Shown here piece by piece: positions 1-12,386 of a stretch of DNA of 48,611 nucleotides. Positions within the stretch are counted from its first letter, which is position 1. Each line of letters starts with the position of its first letter. The notes below the pieces were generated by a model. That model had not been told where the DNA came from and ran no database searches. It saw only the letters and a list, made by a program, of their open reading frames with translations. The position numbers were made by a program, and so were the translations under genes. Origin of the DNA: Bigelowiella natans CCMP2755 (lineage: Eukaryota; Protista; Cercozoa); the NCBI GenBank assembly GCA_000320545.1, contig ADNK01000647.1, forward strand, positions 1-48,611, in the 5' to 3' direction.

Positions 1-313
1 TTTTTTTGCCCCCCCATATTACACCACATTCATATAACTATTTGTATTTTGTTCTGTTTTGCTTATACCTCGGGCAAGGGCTGGAACTGTCGTCGTGTCC
101 CATTCTCTCGCTATAGCTCTCTCTCGCTCTAACATGAAATATGCGCCCACGCTGCACACACACACTCTGACACACACACAGTGCCTCACAGATACAGTCT
201 CCCACTTGTTGAGTCGCCTCCCCTCTTCTGAGAGAGAGAGAGAGAGAGAGAGGGTGGGGGGAGAGAGAGAGGGGGAGAGAAGGAAAGACTGAGAAAGGAG
301 CGCAGAGAAGGAG

Positions 314-384
<71 letters not shown>

Positions 385-1804
385 CGCATGTACAAACCGT
401 GAAGTTATGATGATTCTTGGTGCCGAGGTAATTTGAAAGGAGCTGATTGAAGGCCTCTCTCTTCTCCTGGGAGAGTCTATACAAAACGACCGAGAAGATA
501 AGACATGATTTGTCTTTTACCACATGCCAGTGAGCGGCTTGTAGGGGGGGGGGGGGCAGCATAACGATGACAAACGTTCCTTCATTGCATCCAGCTGTAC
601 ATATCATTTAGCATGGTATCGAACGACCTGAATTCTGCCATGGTTGTCGCGACAGGGCTCGTGGCCCTTTTTGCGTCCGGCTGGAATCTCTCTCTGAGCT
701 TTTGCCCAACCAACAAGGCCACCTGCTCCAAAACGTCTTTGAATCCGCCGTCTCTGTCTCTGTCTTCGCTGCTGCTGCCACTGCTGCTGCCTTGCGTTGC
801 CGTCCTCTCTACTGCACTTCCGGCCTTCTTATCATCATCATCCTCACCATCATCATCATCAGCTGGTGGCGTTGCGGTGCGGTCAAGTAGTAGCTTCATC
901 AGGTGGCGTGGGAGCCGCTTGACTTGCTTCATCGCGTAACGGTACATATCCAGCTTGGGGAAGACAGCCGCTGCCTCCTGAGACATTAATGGATGGCACA
1001 TCGTAGGAGGGTGTTTGTGCGTAGCAGCGTGAATAAAGAGAGTCCCAAAACACACTCTCACGCACGCACAAAAATAGAAGGGGGGAAATCAATGACATAA
1101 TTAATGCATAAGACGCCCCACATACAGCAGCTTAGCACAGCACTCCTCACAAAAGATAAGGTAGTAGTAGATGTTCGGTGATAGTCACCAGTCTTCCATA
1201 CGTGAAAGCTTTACGCTCACACCCTCTTCTGGTTGCATAGAGAGCCCCCCCCCTTCCCCCTTCCTCCCGCCCACTCCTTTCCCCAAGCCCCAGGTAGGCT
1301 CGTTGATTGCACCTTAGCTAATTTCGTCGCATGCCAGTCAGACTTCCGTTGGAGAGCATAGCTCGGAAGGATGTAATCGTACGTACGAGAAGTGCACTAG
1401 ATGGGATAATGGGGAAAACGATTGTGAGAAGAGACACGTGTAGCGAGGAAGGGGGGCGAGGAGGCTAAAGCAGTATTGAGAATGATGTCATAATACTGTG
1501 CAAGATTGCTCATCGAAGCGAAGACAGATGTCATAATCTCATCAATATTGACTGCTGCTGGTTGTGGCGGCGGCGCGGCTGCAAATATGTATTTGCAATG
1601 AGCAATGACCATCTCCTTGTGCTGTACTTCCTCGTCGTGGATCAACTAACCTGGTTCTTTGCATGGAAGCTTTTCGTCACTGGCAGAATCTTGAATATCT
1701 TGATATCAGGGTCGATATTTCTGTTAATGGCTTCGACCATGGCCTCCTCGTTACCGACGATGAGCAGTTTCAGAGAAATTACCTGGGATATGCCAACACA
1801 TGGC

Positions 1805-1838
<34 letters not shown>

Positions 1839-2044
1839 TTGATATGGCCATAGTTGGGGCTTGCGTCTCTCATGAATGGGTGGTAATTGTAGCGTCTATG
1901 TAACCTGCTAAGGAGAAGCTATATAAAAGAAACCTGCATCCATTAACTACTACTCTGCTACTAGTACTGCCTGGCATGATGCGCTGACGCCTTTATCTGT
2001 GCGGGCTGTGCGAGTCCAACGGATCTTCTTCAGATTGCGTCGAT

Positions 2045-2097
<53 letters not shown>

Positions 2098-2098
2098 T

Positions 2099-2141
<43 letters not shown>

Positions 2142-2886
2142 GGGGGGGGAGGACTTAGATACGTTTAGCGTGTTAGATATGATAGCCATTCGGAAGGGAA
2201 GAATTGACGAGGAAGTAGTAAAAGAGGGGTGGAAAACAGCAGAGATATCGTTTTTTGGATCTGAGAGAATGTGTGACCAATTTGTCAATGCCGCCGCCCT
2301 GAAACATGGCCTCCTACCAGATAACCAACGCATTAGGTTTTCTTTCATTTGTATCATCATCCTCAGAAGCAGGAGGCAGGGGGGAGGGGACGAGGTGGTA
2401 AGATTAAACTCGCGTGCCTTTGGACACTGGCAAGCCAGTGATACTACCTCTACTGCTGCCTCTATCGTTTTCGCTCCAGGATTTATTTGAAGCCCTTGGT
2501 ATTGGCCGCCGTGGTAGCCGAAGAGCACTGCAACGAACTTCTTCTTGCCCGGCTGTCGTTGAACGCCCTGTTGGCAAGCACAAGCAGCGAAACAGATGAT
2601 GACGATAAATCGTGTTGAGCCAGTCGTATCCCATAAGTCACACGCCGCGAGGAATGCGGGTGGACCGCCTTCTACATACCTCCTCATTCGGCCGTCCACT
2701 TTCCTCCCACTTTCTCCTGCAGATGCAACATTAGCTCGTTCAGTGAGCAGCGAAGGGCGATAAAAGTTAGTTGATGGAGGAGAGGGTAATAACGCACTTA
2801 TTCTCTTGCCATTCCTCCGGCTTGGCCGTCTTTTTCGCCGAAAGGTCGCGCTTGCGCTTCCGGTCCTTGCGCTGGCTGAACGGCAT
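1..2886 (-). CDS. PUS1: tRNA pseudouridine synthase, Pus1/TruA family (multi-exon, 3' end outside window)
   Basis: ATG at 2886 (MPFSQRKDRKRKR...). Spliced exons give KKKFVAVLFGYHGGQYQGLQINPGAKTIE, the catalytic motif ARTDKGVSA (~1975-2005), VISLKL...KILPVTKSFHAKN, CTSRTYDYILP and NYLGTKNHHNFT (~400-435), in Pus1 order with GT-AG boundaries. Confidence 0.92.
318..388. repeat. Compound (TA)n(TG)n(CG)n microsatellite in a PUS1 intron
   Basis: Directly visible uninterrupted purine-pyrimidine alternation of about 70 nt. Confidence 0.95.
2046..2149. repeat. (AG)n microsatellite plus poly-G tract in a PUS1 intron
   Basis: Two (AG)n runs separated by cagtgg, followed by a G run. Confidence 0.95.
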
Positions 2887-4161
2887 GTGGATGGTGGTGG
2901 ATCCCTTTGTTGAGTTCAGGCTTCACAGCCCTATTTAGATAAATTTTTCATTGATATATTCGGTGCATATTGAAAATAATATGGAGTAGAAATTCATTTT
3001 CACTGCCGTTCACCGTATTTCGATTTGCAATGGACTGTTATTAATACAAAGATGTTTCTAGCATAATATTTGTTCCCACCCAGAAGCTAAGATTCCGCTC
3101 GCTTGCCCAGGTTGCACGCATCCGACACAGACATCTCAGGACAAAAACGGGAGAAAATGCTTGAGGATGAAAATTGAGCGTCGCATCGGGTCAGAAGAGG
3201 CGCTGCGCATGACCACCATCAATGAAATGAGACTTTCTACCTTTCTTAGCGCATGAGGAGCAACCGCTAGACCGTGCAGCATGCACTGCGTCCATCACTC
3301 ACTTCGTTCATTTCACGCTTGTCCAATGAACGCAAACGACAATGAGTTCATCGTTGTGGATGCACACGTGCTGCACCTGCTACCCGGTCACCAAAAACCA
3401 CCGTGCACGCAAGACATGAAGTGGCTGGCTCAATGACCAAAACAGTGCTGAGCGCAGCTGGTGGCCAACGAAGTCTGGCTAGCTAGCAGCGCTGTGTCGT
3501 ACTCGCGTGAAATCTCGCCTGCTGGGCGCGGCTCAATCTGAGCAATGCACACACCAGGTGACGTTTGAGGATGTACGTGCGCAAATGAAAAGCAGAACCC
3601 ATTGACAGAATGAAATTGGGCGGGAAAACAAAGAGCACACAGGATTTTCATGCCACGCGCACTGTCACGCAGCCAGCTAGCAGCGCACCAGCTTTTTGAT
3701 GCAATTCTCTCCATTGCTGCAAGTGTGCGCTCATGCTTCGTCCCTGTCATTGAAGATGTGAAGAAAAAGTGAGGCGTCCATCACAAACATCACTGCGCGC
3801 ACTAGCGCGAAAGGTACCAAAGGGTGGCGCATCGTTGTGCCAACTATCTAGCTGTGGGCGTGTGACTTGTTTGTGATCTAGCTGGCAACAGATGGGCGCA
3901 GCGCGGGGGCGCACGACACGCTATCGAATCTTCACCGCGTTGTCCGCCATGCGACGCATGATGCATGAAAAGTGCTGCTATCATCATCTCTGGTAACATA
4001 ACTTGATAAGGAAAAAGATTGGTGATTTTACATACGATACTGAGCACTACTCAAGGCAAAGCTGAGCAGGATCAAGGCTGCTTAGCGCGTGGAAATAATG
4101 CCAAAATCTAATCCACGCCCTGATTTTCTGATCCCCTATGTCATCGTTCTTCGCAGCACAT

Positions 4162-7100
4162 TCAGGAAATGGAGCACTTGATCATTTTCCCTCCACACGA
4201 TATCTCCCCACAGTTGGAGTCCGCCTTTGCTGCCTCTTCGAGGACACGTCTCTCCTGTGCGGTCAGCGGCTTGCCAACCAAAGGCTTGAGCGATGGCGGG
4301 AGAAAGTTCAAGCCGTCGAAATCACGGCGCTTGTAGAACAGCATGTATGCATGTCTTGTCACCACCTCTGATTCCTTTATCTTGGTAACCCTGGAATCAT
4401 CAAAACAGAACCATCCCGAGACGCCCCCTTTCTTCGACTTGGCGTAGGCAACGTAGTGGCCGCCGTACGCACTGCCATAGTGGTTTATCACAGCGTAGAG
4501 ATCGTAGAGCTTCTCGCTGCTCTTCTGGCCCCGTGCTTGCTGCTGCGGTTTCTCACCCCCCTTTGCCTCCTGCCCTCCCCCCCCCTTCGTCTTCCCCTCA
4601 GCAGACTGATCAAGCGCGTTGCTTATATTCTGGATGGAGATATCCTCACTGGCGCTTTTGGTGAGGTAGGGCGTGATGTTGAACCCACTGAGAGGGGTGT
4701 CCACGTACGTTTGGATCTTGTACCTTGGCAGCAGCCTCTTGAGGTGGACGACGAGAATCGGTGGGGCGCTGAATAGCTCGATCTTCTTCTCTGCCTTCAG
4801 ATGTTTCTTGACGGCCGAGCAGTAGATCTCGTCGTTGAGCTTCTCGGTCTCGGTGAAGAGCTTGAAGCACATTTTGATGTCGACCTTGGGCTCGGGGAGC
4901 CGGGCAATTTCGCCCACGGACGAGTGGTCGCTGACTGACAGCAGCTCCTCCATGTTGAGGTACTTTTGCAAGAAGTTCTTGTTCCAGTCGATCGAAATGG
5001 TGGTCTCATCATCGAGCGACAGCTTCGTCCGGTTGAACTCCACCGGCGAGCCAAATGAGAACTTATTCCACGACTCCTTCGATGACCGTTTTCCCGACTT
5101 GTTCGTAAACTTCAGTACGAAGGGGGGGAAGGGACTGTCGTCCTCCTGGCTATGACCTGCCGCTTGGTCATCCTCTTTCTTCTCATTTCCTTCCCCCTGT
5201 TTCCCATCCTTGTCTTTCTTTGCATCCCCATCCTGCTCGAGGGCCTCGAAGAAGCTCCTTTGCCTCTTCATTAGGGGCGGCGGGGTGGTGAATCTCCTCG
5301 TTTTCTCCCAAACTAGCTCGTAGAGCGCCGCGCCAGTAATATCCGATGGGATGAAAAGGACGAACGGGAGGCCGAACAACTCCGGTTTGTTCGGGTTGAA
5401 GAAGTTGGCCTGGTTGGGGACCATCCGGCGGTGCAGGCATATCACCTGTACGTTCTTCTTGGGAATTAAGAGCTCGTCTCGAATGACGATCCGCCTGTTG
5501 CGCGCGACCGTGTCGAGAGGCCTGAATCTGTCGTCGTCGACGCTGATGACTTCGTCTTCGTTGGCGGAGAAGCCCTCGAAGTGTATCTTGACCAGCCGTT
5601 TCTCGACGTCCATGGCGATCACCACGCCTCTGTACCAACCGCCCAGACGATCTTTCACATCAAACCACTTCCCCATCTTAATCGTCATGTCGGATTTGTC
5701 GGCCTTCTTCTCCTCACCCTCGCCCGCCCCGAACACCGGCACCTCGTACGCGACGATGTCGACTCGCTCCAGCTTGCGCAAGGGCAAGGTCTGCGAGAGG
5801 AACTGGAACACGTAGGAGTTGGTCACATCGCACAGCGCCAGCCGCTTGGGGGGGATGGCCACCTCCTTCATCTCAGCGATCGCCTCTTTCACAGCCATCA
5901 GGGTTGCGTTGTGCTTGAGATTCAACGACACCTTCAAAGGCGCCCTGTCGGGGTTTTGGAACATGACCTTTAGCGATACCCTGATATCGCTCTCCTCTGG
6001 CACGGGCAGCGAGAGCATGTTGAACGCCTCGAATTTCCGGTTGTCTGCGGCCGGGGCGTCGGGCCAGCGGATCTGCGACTTGATCACGCCGGAGAAGAGG
6101 TCGACTATCACGGAGCGATCTCTCTTCAAGTAGCACTCGATATGCTCTCGTGCGACCTCCTGATCGGACCTGCCGTTGGAGTCAGGGATTTGGACGTACG
6201 GCTTCTCCTTGACGCGGCACAGATCCTCGTGCAAGCCATCCAGGAGGCTCATCAGCAGCTCCTGAGAGTCCTGCTGCTGATACCCCTCGAATTGGGGGTT
6301 TTTCCGTGCCATGACCAGCTTCACCCCGCGTGGGAAAACGGGGAAGGAGGCCCTCCACATCTCCTTAATGTGCCTTCCGTAGTAGCTAGCCACGCGGCCG
6401 CCCATCCCCAGCTTGTTCTCCCGGTTGATTTCGCGCGCGTACAACTCCTGGAGGAAGTACTGTGTGAGCGGCACGGTGTTCGACAGGCATTGGAGTGCCG
6501 CGTTCATGAAGCACGTGTTGCCGAGGTTGAAGAGCCCGACACACCCGGTTTTGTAGCCACCGACTTGTCTATCAAAACCGCTATTGATCTGATCTTTCTT
6601 CTTCTTCTTCTTGCTGTTGTCCTGACCCGGGATTCCTTCCCATTTCCCAGCCTTCTTTCCATCCTCACCTCCGATGCGCCTCTCGATTAAGATCTTCTGC
6701 CCATCGACGAGCTGGGCGTTCTCGAGAGACATCGTCGACTCCAACAGCTCCGGGTCCATCGCCACCACCGCCTTCGATGCAGCTGCCTTCTCGTCACCGC
6801 CTTCTTGCGGGCTTTGGTAGTAGCTCCAGAGCCTCGTATTCTGTGGATTCAGCTGCAGCAGCGAGCACACCTTCAGCTTGAACTTGTCCAGGGTTCCTGA
6901 GCGCGAGAACTCGCACTTGGTGGAGATCTTGTTGTCGATCGTGTGGCAGTCGAGCACCCAGGGGTAGAACTCCACCGTGAGCCTCTCGTCGTCCTTCGTG
7001 AGGTCCGCCCTTGTGGCGATGACCCTCCTCTGTATCAAAGGACCGCCCCCGTACCACTTTCCAAGCGCGCTCCAGATTCTCGGCCTCACGACGATGAAGT

Positions 7101-8893
7101 CCGCGCCCACCTTCAGGCCGCGCCGAAGATCTGTGTGCGAGCTTTCTGCTAGCACGAACGAGTTGTCGATCTCCGCCGGAGGGGGACCCCCGCCCCCTCC
7201 GACCGCAGCTTCTCTTCGCATCTTCTCGTCGCCCAGAGCAGCCCTGTTGCTCTTTGTCTCTCCTGGCTTCTCTTCCTCCTTCTGCTGCTGCTGCTGCTGC
7301 TGCTGCACTGGAGGTTGGCCATCAGGTAGCATATGGATGAATCGGAGCGGTATGCCGGTGTACCCGGACCATTTCTGCGCCCATTTGTGCGAGATTATGA
7401 ACACGGACTCGCCGGCTTTCCACTTCTCCTCGTCGCACTCGCCCACCAGAGTGAGCACGACCTTCGCCTCCTCGGCCGCGTCGCGCGGCCGGATTCCGAG
7501 CCGTAGTGACGCGATCTGAGAGATCTTCGAGAAGAAGCCCAGCGCGAGGTGAGACTGCAAGGAGGATTTGAGAAACTCCTGCACCGTGACCTTCTCGTCC
7601 TCCGCCGACTTCACGAGGCCCTTAATCAGGATCGTAACCTCCTCTGGCAATTTAAAGTCGGCAAGAGAGGAGGAAGAGCCGTTCCCAGCGTTGTTCACCG
7701 TGCCGGGAAGCCTCCCCGCTGCGTCTGCTGCACCTGCCGCTGCCACGGCAGAGTCGCGGGTTCCTCCGACCTTCTCCTCTACGGGAGATTTAGGCGCCGA
7801 CAGCTTCCTTCGCAGTCCCTCCATAGCCCCCAGGCTTTTGACCATGGACACTAACTCCTCTTCGGACAGCCTTCCGTCTCTATCTGCGTCGAAGATGTTG
7901 AAGCAGAACCGCAGCTTCTCCGGAAGCGATCCACGGCAGCACGACGACATGCCCACGATGAATTCGTTCAGATCGACCACGCCATCCTTGTTGGAGTCGA
8001 ACGCCGCGAAGATCCGCTCGAAGAGCTCGTCCGGCGTGTCTAGGAAGAGGTCCCGCAGCCTCGCCCTCGACACGACCCGTCCCGTGGAATCCGCGAGCAG
8101 CTTGTTGTACTGGTTCTGCAGCTCACCGACCTCCTTCTCGTCGAAGTGCGTAGCCTCTGCGATGCTGATACCGCGACCGCGCTTGTTCTCCCATATGCTC
8201 GGCTTGCCGTCACTGGTGCGGCCTCGTTTCAGGACTGGCATGGATTCCGGCATTACGTCGACCCCAGTGTCTGGCTTTATGTTGAAGATCCAGGTCACAA
8301 GCCCCGGCGTCATCGTCTCTTTGGCCCATTCGCGGAACTCCGCGAATGTGATCTCTCGCTTGGCCCGGTCTCTTCTGTCCCTGTCCGCGTCGCCATTGCC
8401 ACTGTTCTTCTTCTTCTACATCGTAGATGGGGGAAGGGGTGCTGGTTTTAGCACAATAGATTCAGACTAGGCCCGCCTCCCCGTCTCAACTCTTCCTCTC
8501 CCCAGCAGAATAGCCTCTACTCTGCGCCTCTTTGTTCACACTCTACTTCTCACCTTTCTCACCACACCCACCCCACTCTCACCAGCATATTTCCCTTACT
8601 TACTTACCCCTTGGAACGCTGCTTCCGTGAGCAGTCTATCTGCGAGAACGCTCCGGCTGCCGACCTGTTGGTTGGTTTTTACCGCCACGCATTCCAATCA
8701 ATAAACGCACACACACACACACACGGAGAGATACAAAGGCAAACCCACACGTGGAACATGTGAATGATAGAGACATGTAAACAACGAAGACGCATCAAAG
8801 AATAGATCGAGGGGGGGCTGGACAACCTGGGCAATTTGCTCCGAAAGCTCCGTATCCTCAAGTAAGCATATCATCTCATACATTTCCTGATAA

Positions 8894-8929
<36 letters not shown>

Positions 8930-9751
8930 GCGCATACAGACACAATATAGAACCGCACGAACGAATCTATCAAAACATGGAAGGTTAGTGAGGTCGGTGT
9001 GCCTACATCTCCATTCTGGTTGCCCCCCCCCCTTCCCGTTCCCTCCTTCCCATTATTGTTCGTTCCTCCCTTCCCTCCTTCGCACGCATACCTCCTTGCT
9101 AAGGCTTTTCGACATGTTTGAGTCCATGAGGTTGAAGAGAAGCCGTAGCTTCTCGTCTTCCTGTGTGTATGTAAGGAGTTGTATATGTATGTATAGATGC
9201 TTAAGTACATATGCAAGCGAACAGCGAACAGCGTGTTTGCTACTGATATTCTTTCTCGATGTTTCGGTCTCCGTGTGTCTGCGATTACCGTCCCTTTCAG
9301 GATCACTGCCATGCCCGCGAGAAAGGCGTCCTTACTCAACGGCGGTGCGGGCTGGTGCTGGAGAAGAGATTGTGGAAAAGGTAGTGTAAGTCTCTCTTAG
9401 TACAAAGAGCAGCGTAAGTCTCTCTTTTTTTGTTAGCACTAAGAGGAGACTCCAGGTTGGAAAGGGCTACGTCATCCCAAATTACTCTATTCTATCTCCT
9501 CTTCGTGTATCTGTCGCGCTGCCTCAAGGCGCGCCGGACGCCGACGCTGTCGTCGTCGTCGTCGTCGCAATTAAATTTATCCCCACCTTCATCAGTTTCT
9601 TCACGCGTCCCGTCCGGTGATTGTACCGCCTCTCTACTTTCGGAGGAAGCTTTCCCGACATTGCCTGTGTACACAAGAAAGGGCAGCGACACGATTGCCT
9701 GTGAGGAATTGAGTAACATGCGAACTTGTTCTCTCTCTCTCTCTCTCCCTC

Positions 9752-9798
<47 letters not shown>

Positions 9799-10338
9799 GT
9801 TCAGACGAAAATGGACTTGTTTGTCGATATTTCTGGAAATCAAATATTTATCGGGTCGTCTGGGCACCTCAAATAGCCTTTCACAAAGTTCCGGCGGCAT
9901 GTGCGACCTGGGATTCAAGGTAAAATGCAGTTAGCGAAAAGCAAGATTCTATGAAAGCTGGTGCGACGGAGTAAGGCTACGATAAATACAAAATCGTATC
10001 CGCTTCTTCTTCTTCTTCTTCTTCTCCGCCCCATGTCAATTACTACTTTGCTTGTTGATATTATTTGAATGAAAATACGTTCTTGAAACCAATGGAATCT
10101 CTTGGATGATATTTGTTACCCGAGAACAGCCTCAGCAAAGCCCTTGCGGGAGAGCAGGCCCTAAAAAAACGAAAGTGAGTATAAATCAGAACATGCTCCC
10201 AACATTTATGAGCTGTGCCAAAACCTTTGAGTTGGCAATCTTATCGAATCCTTCGCTAAACCGCTGCCATTCTTCTTCGGAGAAGCGTTCCTTGGCCACA
10301 TTGATGGGAATGAATGGCTTTGAGCCGCGAGCCCCCAT
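4162..10338 (-). CDS. USP32: USP32-like ubiquitin C-terminal hydrolase (EF-hands, DUSP, Ubl, USP catalytic domain, C-terminal CaaX)
   Basis: Terminal exon 8415-4162 has EF-hands (FDSNKDGVVDLNEF, FDADRDGRLSEEEL), a DUSP (FIISHKW...EIDNS...WYGGGP), the Cys box GLFNLGNTCFMNAALQCL, QQDSQE, the His box HYGSAYGGHYVAY, WFCFDDS, and ends CSIS*. Small upstream exons (MGARGSKPFIP at 10338, GLLSRKGFAEAVLG, SHMPPELCERLFE, DAFLAGMAVILKG, EKLRLLFNLMD) resemble the USP32 N-terminal EF-hand region. Confidence 0.9.
9730..9796. repeat. (CT)n microsatellite in a USP32 intron
   Basis: Directly visible. Confidence 0.9.
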
Positions 10339-11101
10339 GTCCTTCGTACAAGTAAAAACACAAAACGCAACTGCGGTCAGCACCAGTATCGTATACAAGC
10401 TACCCTAAATGCCAACCGCATACTGGCGGCATCGTTGATGTTTTGAATCATAAGTAAACACTGCACCACTCACACATCGCGAGGAAGAAAATATCGGCGA
10501 CGACTCTTTTGCTGAGACGCGAACTGGCTACGTACTCCAGACTCGTGATCCACCGCGTAAAAACCACATTCGTATTCGCGCAATGCTTCGACGAGTCGGC
10601 TCCCGTCCTTACCGTTTCCTCTGAAGCTGGATGTGCAGGTCTTTCTCAGATAGGCAGACGGTGCCAGCAGGTGGTGTTGAATCGATTTTCCAAGATATTT
10701 CTTAGTCTCTCCCCCCTCCGAAACGTATACTATCTAAGAACCCTTTACATTTTCACCCTGCGACAAACATAATTTCGTTGTCTTATTTGAATAACGACTC
10801 GAAGCAGGGCGACCAAACCGCTCTTGTGGAGGTGCAGATTACGAATGATGTTCCTTTGGAATCTGCCTCCGATGTTTTTAGCTAAAAATGCTGCCTATCA
10901 GCATTGGCGGACGGAGTTCCCAGTAAAACAGAAATTATAAGATATTTATGCTATACTGAACTTTAGAAAGGAAAAATAATCTTGGGAGCTACAGAAAGCC
11001 GGAAAGCTACAGCGACAAATAAAAATAGAATATTTTAGATAATTCCTGTTTGGAAATTTGACTCTTCTCTCACTCTTCACTCCCAGCCGAGCTGCCCAAG
11101 G

Positions 11102-11518
11102 ATGCTGGTGCTCCTCTTCACCCTCCTTTGGGCCAGAGGGGGGGGAGGGGGGGCGGCCGATGCGGCGGATATGGCAACAGATGGATCCATGGGCTTACAA
11201 CCACAATTTGTGAGGGTCATTGAGCAAATGCGAAGGTGCGCGCAAACACGATGGATAGCAACAGAACGATCGCTTCAACTGATCTCCGCGCTTTGTATTT
11301 TTTAGATTTACCGATTATCTGGTCGAAAGCCAAAGCACGGACACCGAAGAATATAGGGAAGCTATGTTTCGGAAGGTGATTGTAGACGCCGTAGCCAGCA
11401 ATCAACATGCCTCATGCTTCGAGTGGATGCAAGTGAAAATTCTGTTCTTTATATTAGTCTCTCTACAAGCAAGCAACGAATCAGGAACTCAACCATGTGG
11501 TGATGATGCACATGTATA

Positions 11519-11577
<59 letters not shown>

Positions 11578-12350
11578 TGTAAAGTATGACACTCAAATTA
11601 ATTATGAGTCGGAGCGAACAGTTTGCTTCATTCTTATGTCGTAGGCGTATATACGCTGATTTGACATTGGTTGCACCACCACTCGCTTTTCACCAACCTG
11701 CCCTATCATCGTTTGAATCAGGATTACTTCCGACTCAAGTTCCGAGACTCGAAATTCTTCGGAAAGCAGAAGCGCTATGCAAGGCCATGGTTAGCACGAT
11801 TAGCACGATTTTACATATTTGCAAATGTCAACATGAGCTTACATATTGCGTGAATAATATATAATCAGGATAAAAGCTCGAGGACACGAACGATTATCTG
11901 ACCTGCTCCAAAGTATATCCCTCTCAAATCAGCACAACTTAACGGAGCAAGGACGGCTTTTGTTCTTCAGGGGTATAAATTTCCCGGATAACTCTACCGC
12001 GAGGTGCCTTCCGAAATTTCAGATCGTAGCAATCCTCGCTGTGAGAAGCGGTTTGAATAAGTGGGCTGGATGAGAGTGCGTGTGCGTTTATCTATGCCGG
12101 CTTCTTCGCATGAGCTCGAGTGACTTATAGTGGTTCATTCCTCAGTGATATTCGGCGGCGGTGCCAAATCCGTGTGAAGGGCAACAAGACGCGTGGTATT
12201 ATGATGACGGATGCCATCGCTACCAGTATGACAGACCGACGATTAGTTGTCTATATACAGGCTCGGCGCCACGGCCGTTATTGAGCTTTATGGAGCTCTA
12301 CTCAAGATACCAGTGCTCTCGCTTGCTGGTATGCACACAAACCTAACACA

Positions 12351-12386
<36 letters not shown>

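Noticed and set aside
7568-8470. 300-aa plus-strand ORF and other ORFs antisense to USP32
   Set aside because: Shadow ORFs of a GC3-rich coding strand, with no motifs.
10828-10870. Imperfect hairpin with ATGATG in the USP32/ROK1 promoter gap
   Set aside because: No D box in a suitable position and no recognisable ncRNA family.
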